Below are positions 27,701 through 39,882 of a stretch of 64,000 nucleotides of DNA, in pieces. The notes under the pieces are model-generated. The model was given only the letters and a program-made list of their open reading frames with translations, was not told the origin of the DNA and did no database searches. Source of the stretch: Tubulanus polymorphus. Its lineage: Eukaryota; Animalia; Nemertea. Made by a program: the position numbers and the translations under genes. The number at the start of each line of letters is the position of its first letter. The first letter of the stretch is position 1. The stretch spans positions 7,162,485 to 7,226,484 of the forward strand of contig NC_134027.1 in NCBI RefSeq assembly GCF_964204645.1, read 5' to 3'.

Positions 27701-29875
27701 TTACCATGAACTGTTAAACCTTTAGGCTGCACACACTAAGGGTTAGTTGAAAGCCAATATTTTTAGAAATACAAGTAGTTCAAGTAAGATAGTTAGCCTA
27801 TACAAAGAGTAAGCATATACATGTAACAGTTAACAGGAGGGTCTTTGTACATTAGTAGGATGGCCAGTGAGTTTTCATAGAATGAACATTGCTCTAGTTA
27901 TGAGAATTATTTACAATAGGACTTGGTAGTATATTTGAAAATGCACACCATTCATGTATGTGTTAATACTAGTTTACTAGGGTAATTTCTACCTGGTGTT
28001 CATCAGACTTGATTGACTCTTGACAAATTTTTTGCAATCTATAATTCTCCATTTCAAGTCGATCATTTTCTTCTTCGAGTTTTTTCAGAGCCTTCTCCGT
28101 ATCAGTATTTGCAATTCCCTAATGCCGGTTGAAATCAAAAATATTCAACGATTCCTTATGAAAAGAAATTATCAAATACATGTAGTTATGAACTACCTAC
28201 CTGGACATTGCGCAAACTTATTATTTCTTCTTGCAGGTCGTTTTTCACTTTCTCCAATAGAGTGATTGATTCCCTCAATTTGACAATCTCATTGTTGTAT
28301 TCATTGCGTATGTACTCCGTCTGTGCTTGAGATGCCATCAGTTTACCAGTCATGTCAGCTTTCTCTTGTTGCAGTCTTTTGAGTTGCTGCAGTAACTGTG
28401 TGTGACCACTTGGTGTACGCACTATTGGACACTCTCTACCTGTAAACAACAGGTTGATAATTACCTATATGACCTGGGTTATGTAAGCTCTGAAGAAAAT
28501 TTCTCATCAACTGTTACCTGATTTTGATGACTGAGTTAGTTGTTTTTCTAGCTCCCCAATTTTTGTTTCTTGCTCTTCTAACAACTCCTCTAGATGGGCA
28601 ATCATGCCTTGTTTTTCTTCCAAATTCACCTCATGAGATTTCCTCATTATCTTGATCTGTTGTTTTTTGGTGAACTCCTCGCGAGTTAATTTTTGTTTGT
28701 ACTGCTTGCATTTATCTGTTAACGTCTAGAAAATGATCAAACACAGGTTGAGGGAGTGGTTTTTAGGTATGATCACACTTATGATTGGCTGCACATAAAA
28801 ACGATTGGCCTACCTTAATTCTGAAAAGGAGATCATCTCTTTGAGCATTTCTTTCAATTAGTTCTCTCTGTATAGCATGATATTCTATCATCGTCAATTC
28901 ATCTAAAAACATTGAAGACATTGAGCTACAGGCCAATGTTAATTTCAACTCGTATCTTCAAAACTGTCATTAAACTTAGGCCTACCTATCTTCTGAGGTT
29001 CTTCAGCTAGATCTTCTTTAGAACCATTTACATCTTCAATCAGTTCATCAGCTACAGATGATATAGACATGTAATATCAGCTGGGGTTCAGGGTTTAAAC
29101 ACGGACTTGACACAAAAGGATTTTGACCCCAGTATCCTAGGTACTATATATAAAAAGACTTTTTTAAATATAGTACCTAGGATACTGGGGTCAAAATCTT
29201 TTTGTGTCAAGTCCCTGTGGGTTTTAAGGTGATGAACCTGAATTAGTGTGAAAGCTTTATATCAAAGCCCAAATAAGATTTATTATAGGACAAACAATAG
29301 GCCTGGCCTAATTTCTTACCATCAAGACCCAGTTGTTCACGCCATATTTCAGCACGCGATGGTGAAGGTTTCGCACCTTCCCTCGGCGTAAAAACCATCG
29401 GAGTCTTAAATACAGCTTTGACCTATAATGAAAAATATTAGCTAGGTGTATTACTTTTTCATTCATTCATTTAAATACTCCAGCACACTCGCATTCGCGA
29501 GTATTTTTTGGAGCGTGCGCGTCTGTGTTAGAAGAGAAAGGAAAAGAGTGTGTTATGGAAAATTCGATTAATAATAATAATTTCGATTAATAATAATAAT
29601 TTCGATTAATAATAATAACTTTTCTTTCACTATCATCCAGTTCATTTCAATCAAAGTTTCTTATATCAATCCCATAAAAGAAGGCCTTTTTGGCGGGAGT
29701 CGCATCAACATCTTTCGGGATAGCAGGGCAAGTCTTCACCAAGAACCTTTTAGTGTCTGATGTAGCCCTACCACAGACAGAGATAAATTTGGGGAAAATG
29801 CTTAAATTATTTTAAGGCTTATTGCAATTTATGAAAAAAAGAGTGAATGCTAAAAGTAAGCAGTACCTTAGCCAT
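24738..29875 (-). CDS. KIFC3: Kinesin-14 (C-terminal motor), KIFC3-like; multi-exon, N-terminal coiled coil
   Basis: [88 protein letters not shown]. Putative start ATG GCT AAG|gtactg at 29875; the 5' end is less certain. Confidence 0.9.
29100..29219. mobile_element. Palindromic MITE, family A, copy 1
   Basis: Arms gacttgacacaaaag.attttgaccccagtatcctaggtacta and its reverse complement. Flanks ggtttaaa / ggttttaa (8-bp TSD, one mismatch). Second copy at 59327. Confidence 0.85.
29563..29618. repeat. Tandem repeat, 3 x 19 bp (ttcgattaataataataat)
   Basis: Directly visible. Confidence 0.9.
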
Positions 29876-30010
29876 TCCTATTTAGTATATCAAATAGAAC
29901 CCCGGTGCTTCTAGGCCTATGTGATAAACTTTTAGAGGCACTTTCTCAAAGAAAAGCTTTTTTGACAGGTCTTGACATGTTTACATAGGTGGCAGCATCG
30001 TCGTAAAAAC
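29876..30010. promoter_or_regulatory. Very short bidirectional promoter KIFC3/THUMPD3 with a CTCF-like TAGGTGGCAGCA (29986-29997)
   Basis: Divergent ATGs separated by 135 bp. YY1-like AACATGGCGGC overlaps the THUMPD3 start. Confidence 0.55.
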
Positions 30011-32299
30011 ATGGCGGCGCCCATAGAGAACGAGGAAGTGAAAAATTATCCCAGTATTTGTGAAATAGAAGCCTCCGTTGCGACTGGTTTCGAACGCGTC
30101 GCTAAAGAAGAGATAGAAGAAAAGTTAAAAGTTCCTGTGAAACCATTTAGAGGCAATGTCGTGTTTACAATTCCATTTGAACACGTGAAAAGGGTACGCA
30201 CTCGGTGCTAGCTTAGACCAAAAGTTGTACTAAGTAGCAAAATATACCACCAGAATGACTCCACAACTGACTTCTATATTTCAATGTATTTTCAACTTCT
30301 GTTATTTCATAGGTATATGAATTGCACGCTGTTGATAATGTGTATATCGTCTTGAACAGATTCAAAGATTTTCCATTTTCAAATGATCTGGTAAACTATT
30401 TCCCTCAATAAAAGATCTAAATAGATTTAGAAATCATTTACGCCATGGTGCTTATAATGGATTATTCTGTAATATTTCAGGAAGAAGCATTAACTCAGGT
30501 TGAGAAATTTGTTTCGAAAATCAACTGGAAGTTGGGACTTGATGTCTGGGGTCAGTTTTTCGAGTTTGCTCACCCAATTTCCCATTTACCTGCTGACGAA
30601 ACGCTGTGGAAAGCTGAAGAATACCAGGAACCTCCTGTCAAAATATCTAAAGTAGATGATGTTGTTCACTCTGATAATGAGACAGCAGAACAAGTTTCCC
30701 CATCTGCGAAACAAGAATCTAAAGCAACTGATCACAAAACACAAAGTGAACCCTGCGAACGTATTGAAAATGTTATGGATGCTGTCATTCATGCAGATGT
30801 AGTTGTGAAAACCAGCGAAAATGGAGCTGCAGGGGATGCCCCTGTCAGAAAAAGTACAATTCCTTATAATCCATCGTTGCCGGGTTTCCGAGCGACCTGT
30901 TATCGAACCGGTAAGAATCACGTGTTTCAATCGATGCAGGCAGCTGCACGGTTTGGTGGTTTAATTCAGGACTATTTCGGATGGAACGTGAATCTAAAGA
31001 ATTTCGATATCGAGGTCGTATTGAACATCAATGATAACGATGTATCGGTTATGATTCCCCTCACTAGAAAAAGCCTACATAGACGAAACATGAGCAACCT
31101 TGGCCCTACTACTCTGAGAGCTACAATTGCTTATAACATGCTCAGGTAAGTTTTCCTCTCATAACAGTATCCAAAGTAGGCCTACATATCACAGTCTTCT
31201 GATAATTTCATTTAATGTTATGTTTATTGGACTACGGTCCTGATGTTGTTCCACAGTGCTTCTAATATTTTCAATTCATTTTGTAGATTGTGTAAGATAA
31301 AGGCTGGGGATGTTGTTTGTGATCCAATGTGTGGCAGTGGAGGAATTCCTATTGAAGTAAGTACATCTACCACTGACAAGACAATGTGTGTCGATTTTTA
31401 TGACCTCACTGCTCAGACATAGGTCAAAAAATAGACTTATCTGGTAAGATCTTGCTTATTTTGAGAATGATTGTTTTATTGTTGTACTGTAGGCTGCAGT
31501 ATGTTGGCCTTCTAGTGTTCATTTAGCTGGTGATATTCATGAAATTGGATGTAATCGAACTGTTCAAAATGTGTGCGATTTGAATGTGCATCGCAAAAAT
31601 CTCAAGAAGTAAGTCAACTGTTGAGTTCCATAGCACTGTTGGCATTTGATTTATAAAAGATATCATAAATTTCAGTATACATTTATTTGCTCTTTAGGAG
31701 TCAAATAAAAGTTGATGTGATGCAATGGGATGTCACTGACCTTCCACTGAAAGATGATGCAGTTGACATATATGTGACAGACTTGGTAGGTAATAAATAG
31801 ATAATTCAGTGGCAGTGCCTGGATTATTGCTACTAGTTGCAAGAGTAGGAACAGACAAATAGAAAGACTTTCTCACTCATCTTTTTCAGCCATTTGGTAA
31901 AAGGCTCGGATCTAAATATGACAACCGTAAATTATACCCAAAAACGTTGAAAGAAATGGCAAGAACATGTAAACGTGAAACTGGAAGGGCTTGTTTCTTA
32001 ACCCAGGATTCTCGAAATTTAATGAAGGTATGGCAACTGAATCTGTAATAGGAATCATTCATTTATTACATACGCTTAAAATTTGAAATTTTCATGGCCT
32101 TATATAACTCTCTTATTGTGTTTAACAAAACAATATGTACATCTAATGAATATCGCATTCCTCTCTTCAGAGTCTTGGTGCTCTAGGACATTTATGGAGA
32201 CGTGTATTTATGACCGGCATCAATATTGGAGGACTAAGTGCAACTGTCACCGTTTTACAGCGGACTAAAAACTATTTCACAGCAACGGATAAAGACTAA
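30011..32299 (+). CDS. THUMPD3: THUMP domain-containing tRNA m2G methyltransferase; multi-exon
   Basis: ASVATGFE..AKEEI; FRATCYRTGKNHVFQS; FDIEVVLNI; SLHRRNMSNLGPTTLRATIAYNMLR; VCDPMCGSGGIPIE; LPLKDDAVDIYVTDL|PFGKRLG. Stop TAA at 32297-32299. Confidence 0.93.
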
Positions 32300-34116
32300 T
32301 CATAGTTGCATTAATGTGTAAAGTGAAATCATATGAATAGTGTAAGAATTTTGTATTAAAAGATTATAAACAATCTTTATGATAAAGAAACAATAGATGC
32401 CTTGTTATGCTTGGATTGGATATACATGTATCGATCATGAGGATAAGACATCCCTTCCATTATCCATAGATAAGTGATCATTATGCTATCATTATTCTCT
32501 TTGAAACAAAGACAAGAAAAGACGAGGTGTTATGGTGACAACCTGCAATAAATTTATTTACTTGCATCGAAGTGGAATGATATGACTACAAGTAGAAGGA
32601 ACAAGTCGTATAATATTAAATATAAATATTAGTATACAAATTTCAAAAAGATAACTTGTGCTGGAATGTGTTTTTAAGAATGATATCACGACATGTTGTA
32701 AACCTCAGCAGATGCGTAGCTGCGAATCTTATAAATAGCTAACTGGTACATTTGGTTAAATCGGTGCTTTAATTCTAAAAAGCAAGCTACTGATTAAACC
32801 AGTTTAATCCAAGAATTTCATCTGTAGACCTGTTTGGTTATAATTCTGATACCACTTCTAGTAAAAACTGTTTACAGCCTGAATTAATCTAAATTAAAAA
32901 GCTGATGAGAAAAGATTGTCATAACTTACGACTTTTTGCACCACACTTGACCAGTACTGTTTAATTCTTAAGAAATATAAGGCCCCTAAAGTCTTTCACT
33001 TAAGTTTGGTTATCCATGGAGGCTTTCCACTAATAGCGAGAATGATATTATTGTTTAATTTGCAAGATATATCATAAGTGAACTATTCATGAGCAGAGAT
33101 CAATTTAAATGAAAACATATCTACAAATTATTTTGGAATTATAGATAAAATAGGCCTCTACTTGTAAGGGAATGTTGTACCACCACATGCATACACGTAA
33201 ATGAATGTATATAATACTATGCTAAAAATCTGCACAATCAATTTGTAAAATCATGTATAATATTGATTACCAAACTACCGAAAAACCCATGAATACACAC
33301 GAATACAAAATAGAGACTACGCTGAAAAAATATTTACATCAGACAGGAGACATTACTGAATAAATATCAATTAAAAATATAAACATATACATAATCTGAT
33401 GAAAAGAAACGTAACTTATTCGTTATTCAAATCTTGAAAAATTAATTCATACAAACATCGGTACATTCACCTGCATACTTTGTCAATACTTTGGATTTGG
33501 ATCATTTAACTAGGAAAAGCCTTTTCCCATATTTATAATCTAACATCACTTTTATTTTTTCATATTCACACAATGAATTAATGTAACTAACATGAAAGAC
33601 ACACATTGCCTATAGGTAAATCATTATATCTTAGTACATGTAATAAAATTTAACAAATTCATTTGGTTGTAATTTTGATAAATAAAACACCCTGTCTACC
33701 ATCTTATCAAACGGACATGCCATGCGATGTCCATTTTGAATATAGCACGACTATTCTTCATTAAGAATTGTGGTGGGATTTACATAATTTTTGGCACAAC
33801 AACAAAATTAGGATGGATGCGTACAGTATATAAAAGTTATTTAGAACGAAAACATGCATTGTGTATAATTTTGGTTGGTGTAGATATATATAAGGATAAA
33901 TAGATGCACCATTATGTGGACGTATATATCAATGAATACTCATCATTCAGGCTAAACAATGCCTGAAGATCTTCATTAGTTTTTACAGTACAAGAATGAA
34001 TTAAGTATTTAAGTATTAAAGAACTCAAGCACTTTGATAACAATTACTTTCCTAAGTCTGACAATACTAGGTTTTTAAATACCGGTACTACTAATTACTA
34101 GAAACCTGATATTTCT

Positions 34117-37100
34117 CTAAACAATACTATTCAGAAGTCGGAGACAGTAGTTCCGATCATTAATCCAACTATCTCGTTTCATGGACAGTTCATCATAGTG
34201 ATCAGAATCTGCCTGTATACAAGCACCAATGTACGCCGCGTGATAACGGTTTGGCATCGCGTGAACTTCCACTACGCACGACTCTGGCGTCATCTTCTCT
34301 ATTTCATACTGAATACGATCAGCTAATCCCGGCAACATGCTTCCACCTCCACTCAGATAAATACTTCTGTAAACACAAAAACGACACTAAACAAATTGCC
34401 TTATCATCCAGTTGCATAAATATAATTAAACGTTCATTTTACCTGCACAGTTCTCGCCTTGTGTCCATAGGACATTCCTGTATGGCTTTATAAATCACTT
34501 TGTGCAAATATGGTAGATCTAGACCCCAAAGTTCAGTTTCAAATAGACCCTCCGTAGCAGTGAATCGACCAACATCAAGGGAAACATCACTAGTGTAGTA
34601 AAATTGACAAAGTTAAGGCATAAAGGATTCTGAAGTTTAGCTACTCGAATCAAGTCAACATACCTCCAAGTTTTATACGGAAGATCATATTCCGATAGAT
34701 CAACACTTCTTTCATATTGATCTTGATTTTTGCAACCATTTGACAATTCTTCCGCAAAGTTCTTGGACACAAAACATGTCTAGGTAAAATCAAAATATTA
34801 ATTACGGAACAAAAAGCATTTCTTCATCTAAAAAGTGACAAATAATCGCGCTGACCTTCTCCATCACAAGTCTGCTGAGCAACTGTTCAACTGGCACCAA
34901 AAATCTATATTTATTTTCAGCTAGGTTTTGGTTTAGAGACTCCATTATTTTTGCTCCTCCAATCGGTTGCCTTGTTAATCCACCAGCCATTAAGTATCCT
35001 GTAAGTAAGACATGAAGAACTAGTGTCATATAAAATATTTCTTTGTACTGCTCTTAGAAGCAGCAAGGGTAAATATATACATAAACCAAATATCAAGACC
35101 ATACACTACATGTGTATCGAAAACTTCCCAAGAAAACTAATTCTGTCAACAGATGGTTGGATGGACGTCGGACAAAAAGTGAACATAAAGGTCTACTGGG
35201 ACTGAAGTCCCAAGTTGGCAAAAGCAAAACGTTTTTCATAACCTACCATCAATTACAGGTAGGACATCATATCTATCACCGATGTCTACGACAATACCAG
35301 ATTTTGCTCTGTATGCATGTAGAGCCAGGACTGCTTGATGTGCAATTTGAACACTTTGAATATGGAACTTGTTGAATAGTGTGTCCATCATTATCTCAAG
35401 TGCTTTGGCATTCATCTGATGCGGAATACTTAGCATGACCTGAAATTCAAATTGTGAGTACCGATATCACAAAGAGAAAGGAAAAATACATTGCACATTA
35501 AATTGCAATTACAACAATTTCTCATTCTTACTTTATACTGAGAGGTTTCAATGTCCAATTGTTCAAACAGTAGATCAACAAATCCAGGTATAGTTTTAGC
35601 AGTGAGCTAAAATCACAAAAAATCTATGTTTACATGATATGACAATAAGAATTCTACCAGTACCCTATGTCATATGACATTTCAGTTGATATACCAGGTA
35701 ATGCAAAACTAAACAAATCTACCTCATTGAATTTCAATGATGGCCTTAGAGGATAAACCACATCAGCAAAACGCCTCGAATTTGGTTTAAATGCATCAAA
35801 TCCATACACGATACTGTTCGATTTTTTACTGATTGCCGCTACAGTTGGGAAGAACAAAGTTGGAAGAGAAGCTAAAAGAAAAATTGGAGGAATTGTAAAA
35901 ATTCATTCTTAAATTTCCATGGAGATATTTCATTAAGAAAGAGCTATTTTAACGTTTTTTGATTATCTCACGTACGTTGATCACCCAGCACACCAGCCCT
36001 TATTGACGCACTACCAATGTCAATAATGACAATCTTCTGAAACAATTAAAAGCTACAGCTTTCAGACTCTGGATTCAAACAGAGAGAGAAACATAAGCGG
36101 AACATATACTAACCTTACGTCCGTGAGACTTAGGATTTAATACTGGTCGTACGAACCTCATCTTCGCATTATCAACAGTTTGTGAATTCAGCGCGGTCAT
36201 CCATTGTTCTTGATCCTTTTCGGAGGCACATCTGACAACTAAGTAATGACCTCTCTGGAATAGAAAAAGATTTGGTGATATCCCAATAGCAAGGGTTCAG
36301 CTTTAGAGCCAAATCTAGCTAATAACTTTGAAACTGGCTTCAGATGAAAATAACCTAGATGAATGCAATATTGAAACCTGATACACCCAAGTGATGCTTG
36401 CTTACTAACCCGGTCGTCGATTCCGATAAGTTGATAACCATTATCTTCAATTACTCCACCCATAAGTTGTATATGTCCAACTTCAATATTACAATTACTA
36501 GACTAGAGTTTATACAAAATAATGTACACAGTGTTAGAACCAACTTGGACACAATAGAATTCATTAAGAACAATTAATAAACAAAATTGCTTACTTCAAA
36601 GAAATATAAGAAACCATCTTTCGCTCGGAAAAATTGCTTTCGCCATGTTTTCAAAAGTGTGGCCTTTTTTTTGTTCGCTGGAAGCCTCTCAAGTACGCCT
36701 TCTATATTTATATAATGCTTTGACACATCCACAATATTCTACAGAAAACAACAAATTAGTGGTCTCCTGTATATACCGGTAAATCATATAAATCTATTGA
36801 CTACAAAACCCTTACTATGAACATACCTCTTCAAAATGCTTTACTTCATACAGTTCCTTTAAAAGCTTAATCTAAAATACATCAATATGTTTCAATGATA
36901 AACTTTATGTATATCTGAAAATTGCAATGAATACTGTATCTGACAGGTGTAATGGTGTGGTGACTATAAACCAGAAATGGACCCCATCATTTAAAAGTGG
37001 AAATGGCATGCTTACTGGATCCCAGTTGATAACTGATGGTCTGTCTTCAACCTTTTCATCTTCATATTCATCGGTAGACAGAGTATCGACGGTAATTTCA

Positions 37101-38889
37101 GTGACATTCCTATCATCTGTATTGCTTTCACCAATTGGGGGATCTTTCAAGATATGATTCACTTCGAAATGTGAAGAGTTATCTACAACATCATCACCAA
37201 CTACAGCATTCATGACAGAACTATTTCCTGAATTGTCCACAACTGAAAATGGAAAATAGGAAAAGTGAATCAACTAAGATGAGTACGCTATTTATTAAAC
37301 TTCCAGATGTACACAGTTTGATACTCACTGCTAAGAGAGTTTAACTGTATTTCAACTTTGCATTGTGAATGAGAATCTGTGTCCTTTTTTTTCGAAGAGA
37401 CATCATTTCCCTCATCCACACCCTCTATATTCTTATTGGTTAAAGACTTATCCTCCTCCGATAATGACACATCACAGCTGGTTTTCGGTTGCGGAGTTTT
37501 CCTCAGATTTATCGTGAAGGTATTATCATCTTGAAATGTCAATTCCCTCGAAGATGGTTTCGTTGTTGCCCGCGGCGATGAAGCAGTTGCTGAATTGTTA
37601 ATACTATTGGATGACGCTTGAAAGACCACGTTTGGCGAATTTGAATTTGGTGTATCCGATTTTCTTCGCATTATCCCCCACGGTGTTTGGAATCCATTTT
37701 GATCAGACAGGTTGTTATCAGAGACATTTTTTGGGGTGAGCGACGTCACGGAAGAATTCAGTTTTGGCGTCAGGGAACTCTTACTAGTATTTTGCGTTTG
37801 AGATTGCGAAGGTAAGGAGGCCGTTGATGAACTTTTCTTAATCGATCCAGCTGAGGCATAACTCACCAAATTGTTATGGCTCTGAGTGCCTTTCAACGAA
37901 GCTTGTTGACTGCATTCAGCGTTTCTAACGATCCATGAATCAGAATTTTTCTTTCGAGTACCAGCTATACCAGCATTTCTATTTTCAAAATCACTTCGCT
38001 GAAGCAAGAATGTATAATAATAATAGTTTAAACCGGTAATATGTATAGAACCAACTACATAGAAAATTTATAACGAATTTATTTGACAAAAATTAAAATC
38101 AAAAGACATTTAGAACTCTCACTAGAGATCATCACTCAAGAGATCATTGTATTTAAGCAAACTCAAATGATGGCAAAAAACTATTAGCCTATTCTAACCA
38201 GGTGAGACGAGAAAATACACAATATCCATGTAAGATGATAATGAGAGAAATCCTACAATAGATACAGCCAAAACGAGAAACTTGAATAGAAGAGTATATA
38301 TATTTTCGCATCATTTCGGCTAAAGACTATTAGCCATCATCAGTATGCCTGATGATGGCTAATAGTCTTTAGCCGAAACGTTGCGCAAATATATATACTC
38401 ATCTATTCAAGCTTTTTGTTTTGGCTGAATTTACTGTGGGATTTCTCCTTTCGTTTTCTAACCAGGTCTATTCACATGAAATGTCAGCCTACCCGATTGA
38501 AACAAATTTGAGTTTTCTCCAGAAGATCCTTAATCTTGTCATGTAATTCTCCGATGGAATGATATTCGGGTGAATTCTCATCAGTTATTTGGTCATTCAT
38601 GCGCGCAAATTCCTCCTGATCTTTCGTGATTTCATCTTCCAACGTGGATATTATTGCAATCAGATCCTAAAAAAATGAAGGTCAATGGCTCTCAAATCAG
38701 TCTTGGCAACGATACTTCCATCGAAAAGTTTCAGTAATATCCATGTATATGCAAGCATAAAGCTGGAGTTCCTATACTTTCGATACCCCAATCAGGGTTC
38801 ATTTCACAGATTACCTGCATAGCCATATACTTGACCGACTTGGTGAAATCAGACAGATTGCATGTCAACAGTTCAGGTGGACAAGTCAT
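34117..38889 (-). CDS. Uncharacterised multidomain protein: N-terminal helical segment + Ser/Thr-rich linker + PH domain + divergent actin-like domain (~16 coding exons)
   Basis: PH (~36114-36738): IEGVLERLP...KTWRKQFFRAKDGFLYFFE...YLVVRCASEKDQEQWMTALN. Actin fold (34117-36036): IVIIDIGSASIRAG, QAVLALHAY..SGIVVDIGD, YLSGGGSMLPGLADRIQYEI, AAYIGACIQA. The junctions checked, from the start through the PH-actin join, are phase-compatible. Confidence 0.82.
38204..38455. mobile_element. Palindromic insertion (arms 38245-38343 / 38349-38447), probable Penelope-like element terminal-repeat inversion
   Basis: ~100-bp inverted arms flanked by the 12-bp direct repeat ttctaaccaggt (38192-38203, 38456-38467). 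Contains CTGATGA...GAAACGTT. Confidence 0.7.
38346..38385 (+). ncRNA. Minimal type I hammerhead ribozyme-like motif
   Basis: UGC-CUGAUGA-U-GGCUAA(UAGUCU)UUAGCC-GAAA-CGUU-GCG: conserved core boxes, 6-bp stem II, palindromic AACGUU in place of stem III, 3-bp stem I. Confidence 0.55.
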
Positions 38890-39101
38890 CTGAAACCAAG
38901 ATAGATTTATTCTCTATCATATAGTGGCATACATGAAATGATTGATTGTTGAACGAAATTCATATGACAAAAAAAAAATTTTTTTGTAAGATCAACTCAA
39001 GAAAAAGTTTTTTGTGACTGTCCTTTTTGAAACATTTTTATAAATTTGTCCTGATGAAGAGTTGTTAGGAACACACACGTCAATTTTCAATACCAAAGTA
39101 C

Positions 39102-39241
39102 CTTAATGTAATATCGGCTATGCCCTTCGTTCGATTGATTATTGATTCTGTATCAATACATGGGTCGATATTTCAACCAATTCGATCATTTTGATCGTCC
39201 GCCATTTTGACCGAGTATGTCATGTGACATAGGTGGCAGCA
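39102..39241 (-). promoter_or_regulatory. Probable non-coding first exon/promoter of the PH-actin gene, with uORFs, YY1-like AAAATGGCGG, E-box GTCATGTGAC and a CTCF-like site (39230-39241)
   Basis: Donor AAG|gtactt at 39101. All ATGs in this exon end in stop codons. The main ATG directly follows the next acceptor. Confidence 0.5.
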
Positions 39242-39882
39242 GCGGATGGACTTGAATTTGCGGACCGGGAAACGGACAGGTGAGCTTGAATGATTCGCTC
39301 CTTCGGTATCGCAACTTCGTAACGCCGGCCGCGACTCGTTGCACAATGCGGAGTTGAATGATTAAATATACATTTGATTTTTTTATAGAAAGTTAACCCC
39401 GGATCACATGAACGATATTTTCCTTAGATAGAAGTGGTTACATGCGCCCAATAATTCATAGAACAATTCCACCAACCGCGCGGAATTAGTGAATTCCAAT
39501 CCTCCGGGCCCGCACGTGTTCAATGTGTAGCAGATAATCATTTTCCATGTTAATTGAATAAAGACTAAATAACTGGATACACAAAACCACATACATGTAT
39601 ATATTTTCATAAATTTCATAATCAAAATTCAAAACATACAAAAATAGTGTAATTCTCTTAACCGAATAAATTGGGCCGTACATAATTTTGTCTTTTAAGA
39701 GAAATTTAAGAGGATTAAATATGTACATCACAAGTATTGTATATCAAAGCAATCAAACAATTGATTTTTCCTGGTGATGAAATCCCTTTCATCACAGTCG
39801 ATATTATCAATAACCGTAACAAGATATGTGATGAATTAGTCTCACACGGTGAGAATGTAATAACATGTCTTTGTAGTTATAG

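Noticed and set aside
29563-29618. Short direct repeats as a CRISPR-like array
   Set aside because: Head-to-tail tandem repeat with no spacers, in a eukaryotic intron.
39102-39205. In-frame TGA after MADDQNDRIG with the frame open to the donor: possible selenocysteine or readthrough
   Set aside because: The donor is phase 2, and splicing to the next exon gives AGA TGA, out of frame with the main ORF.
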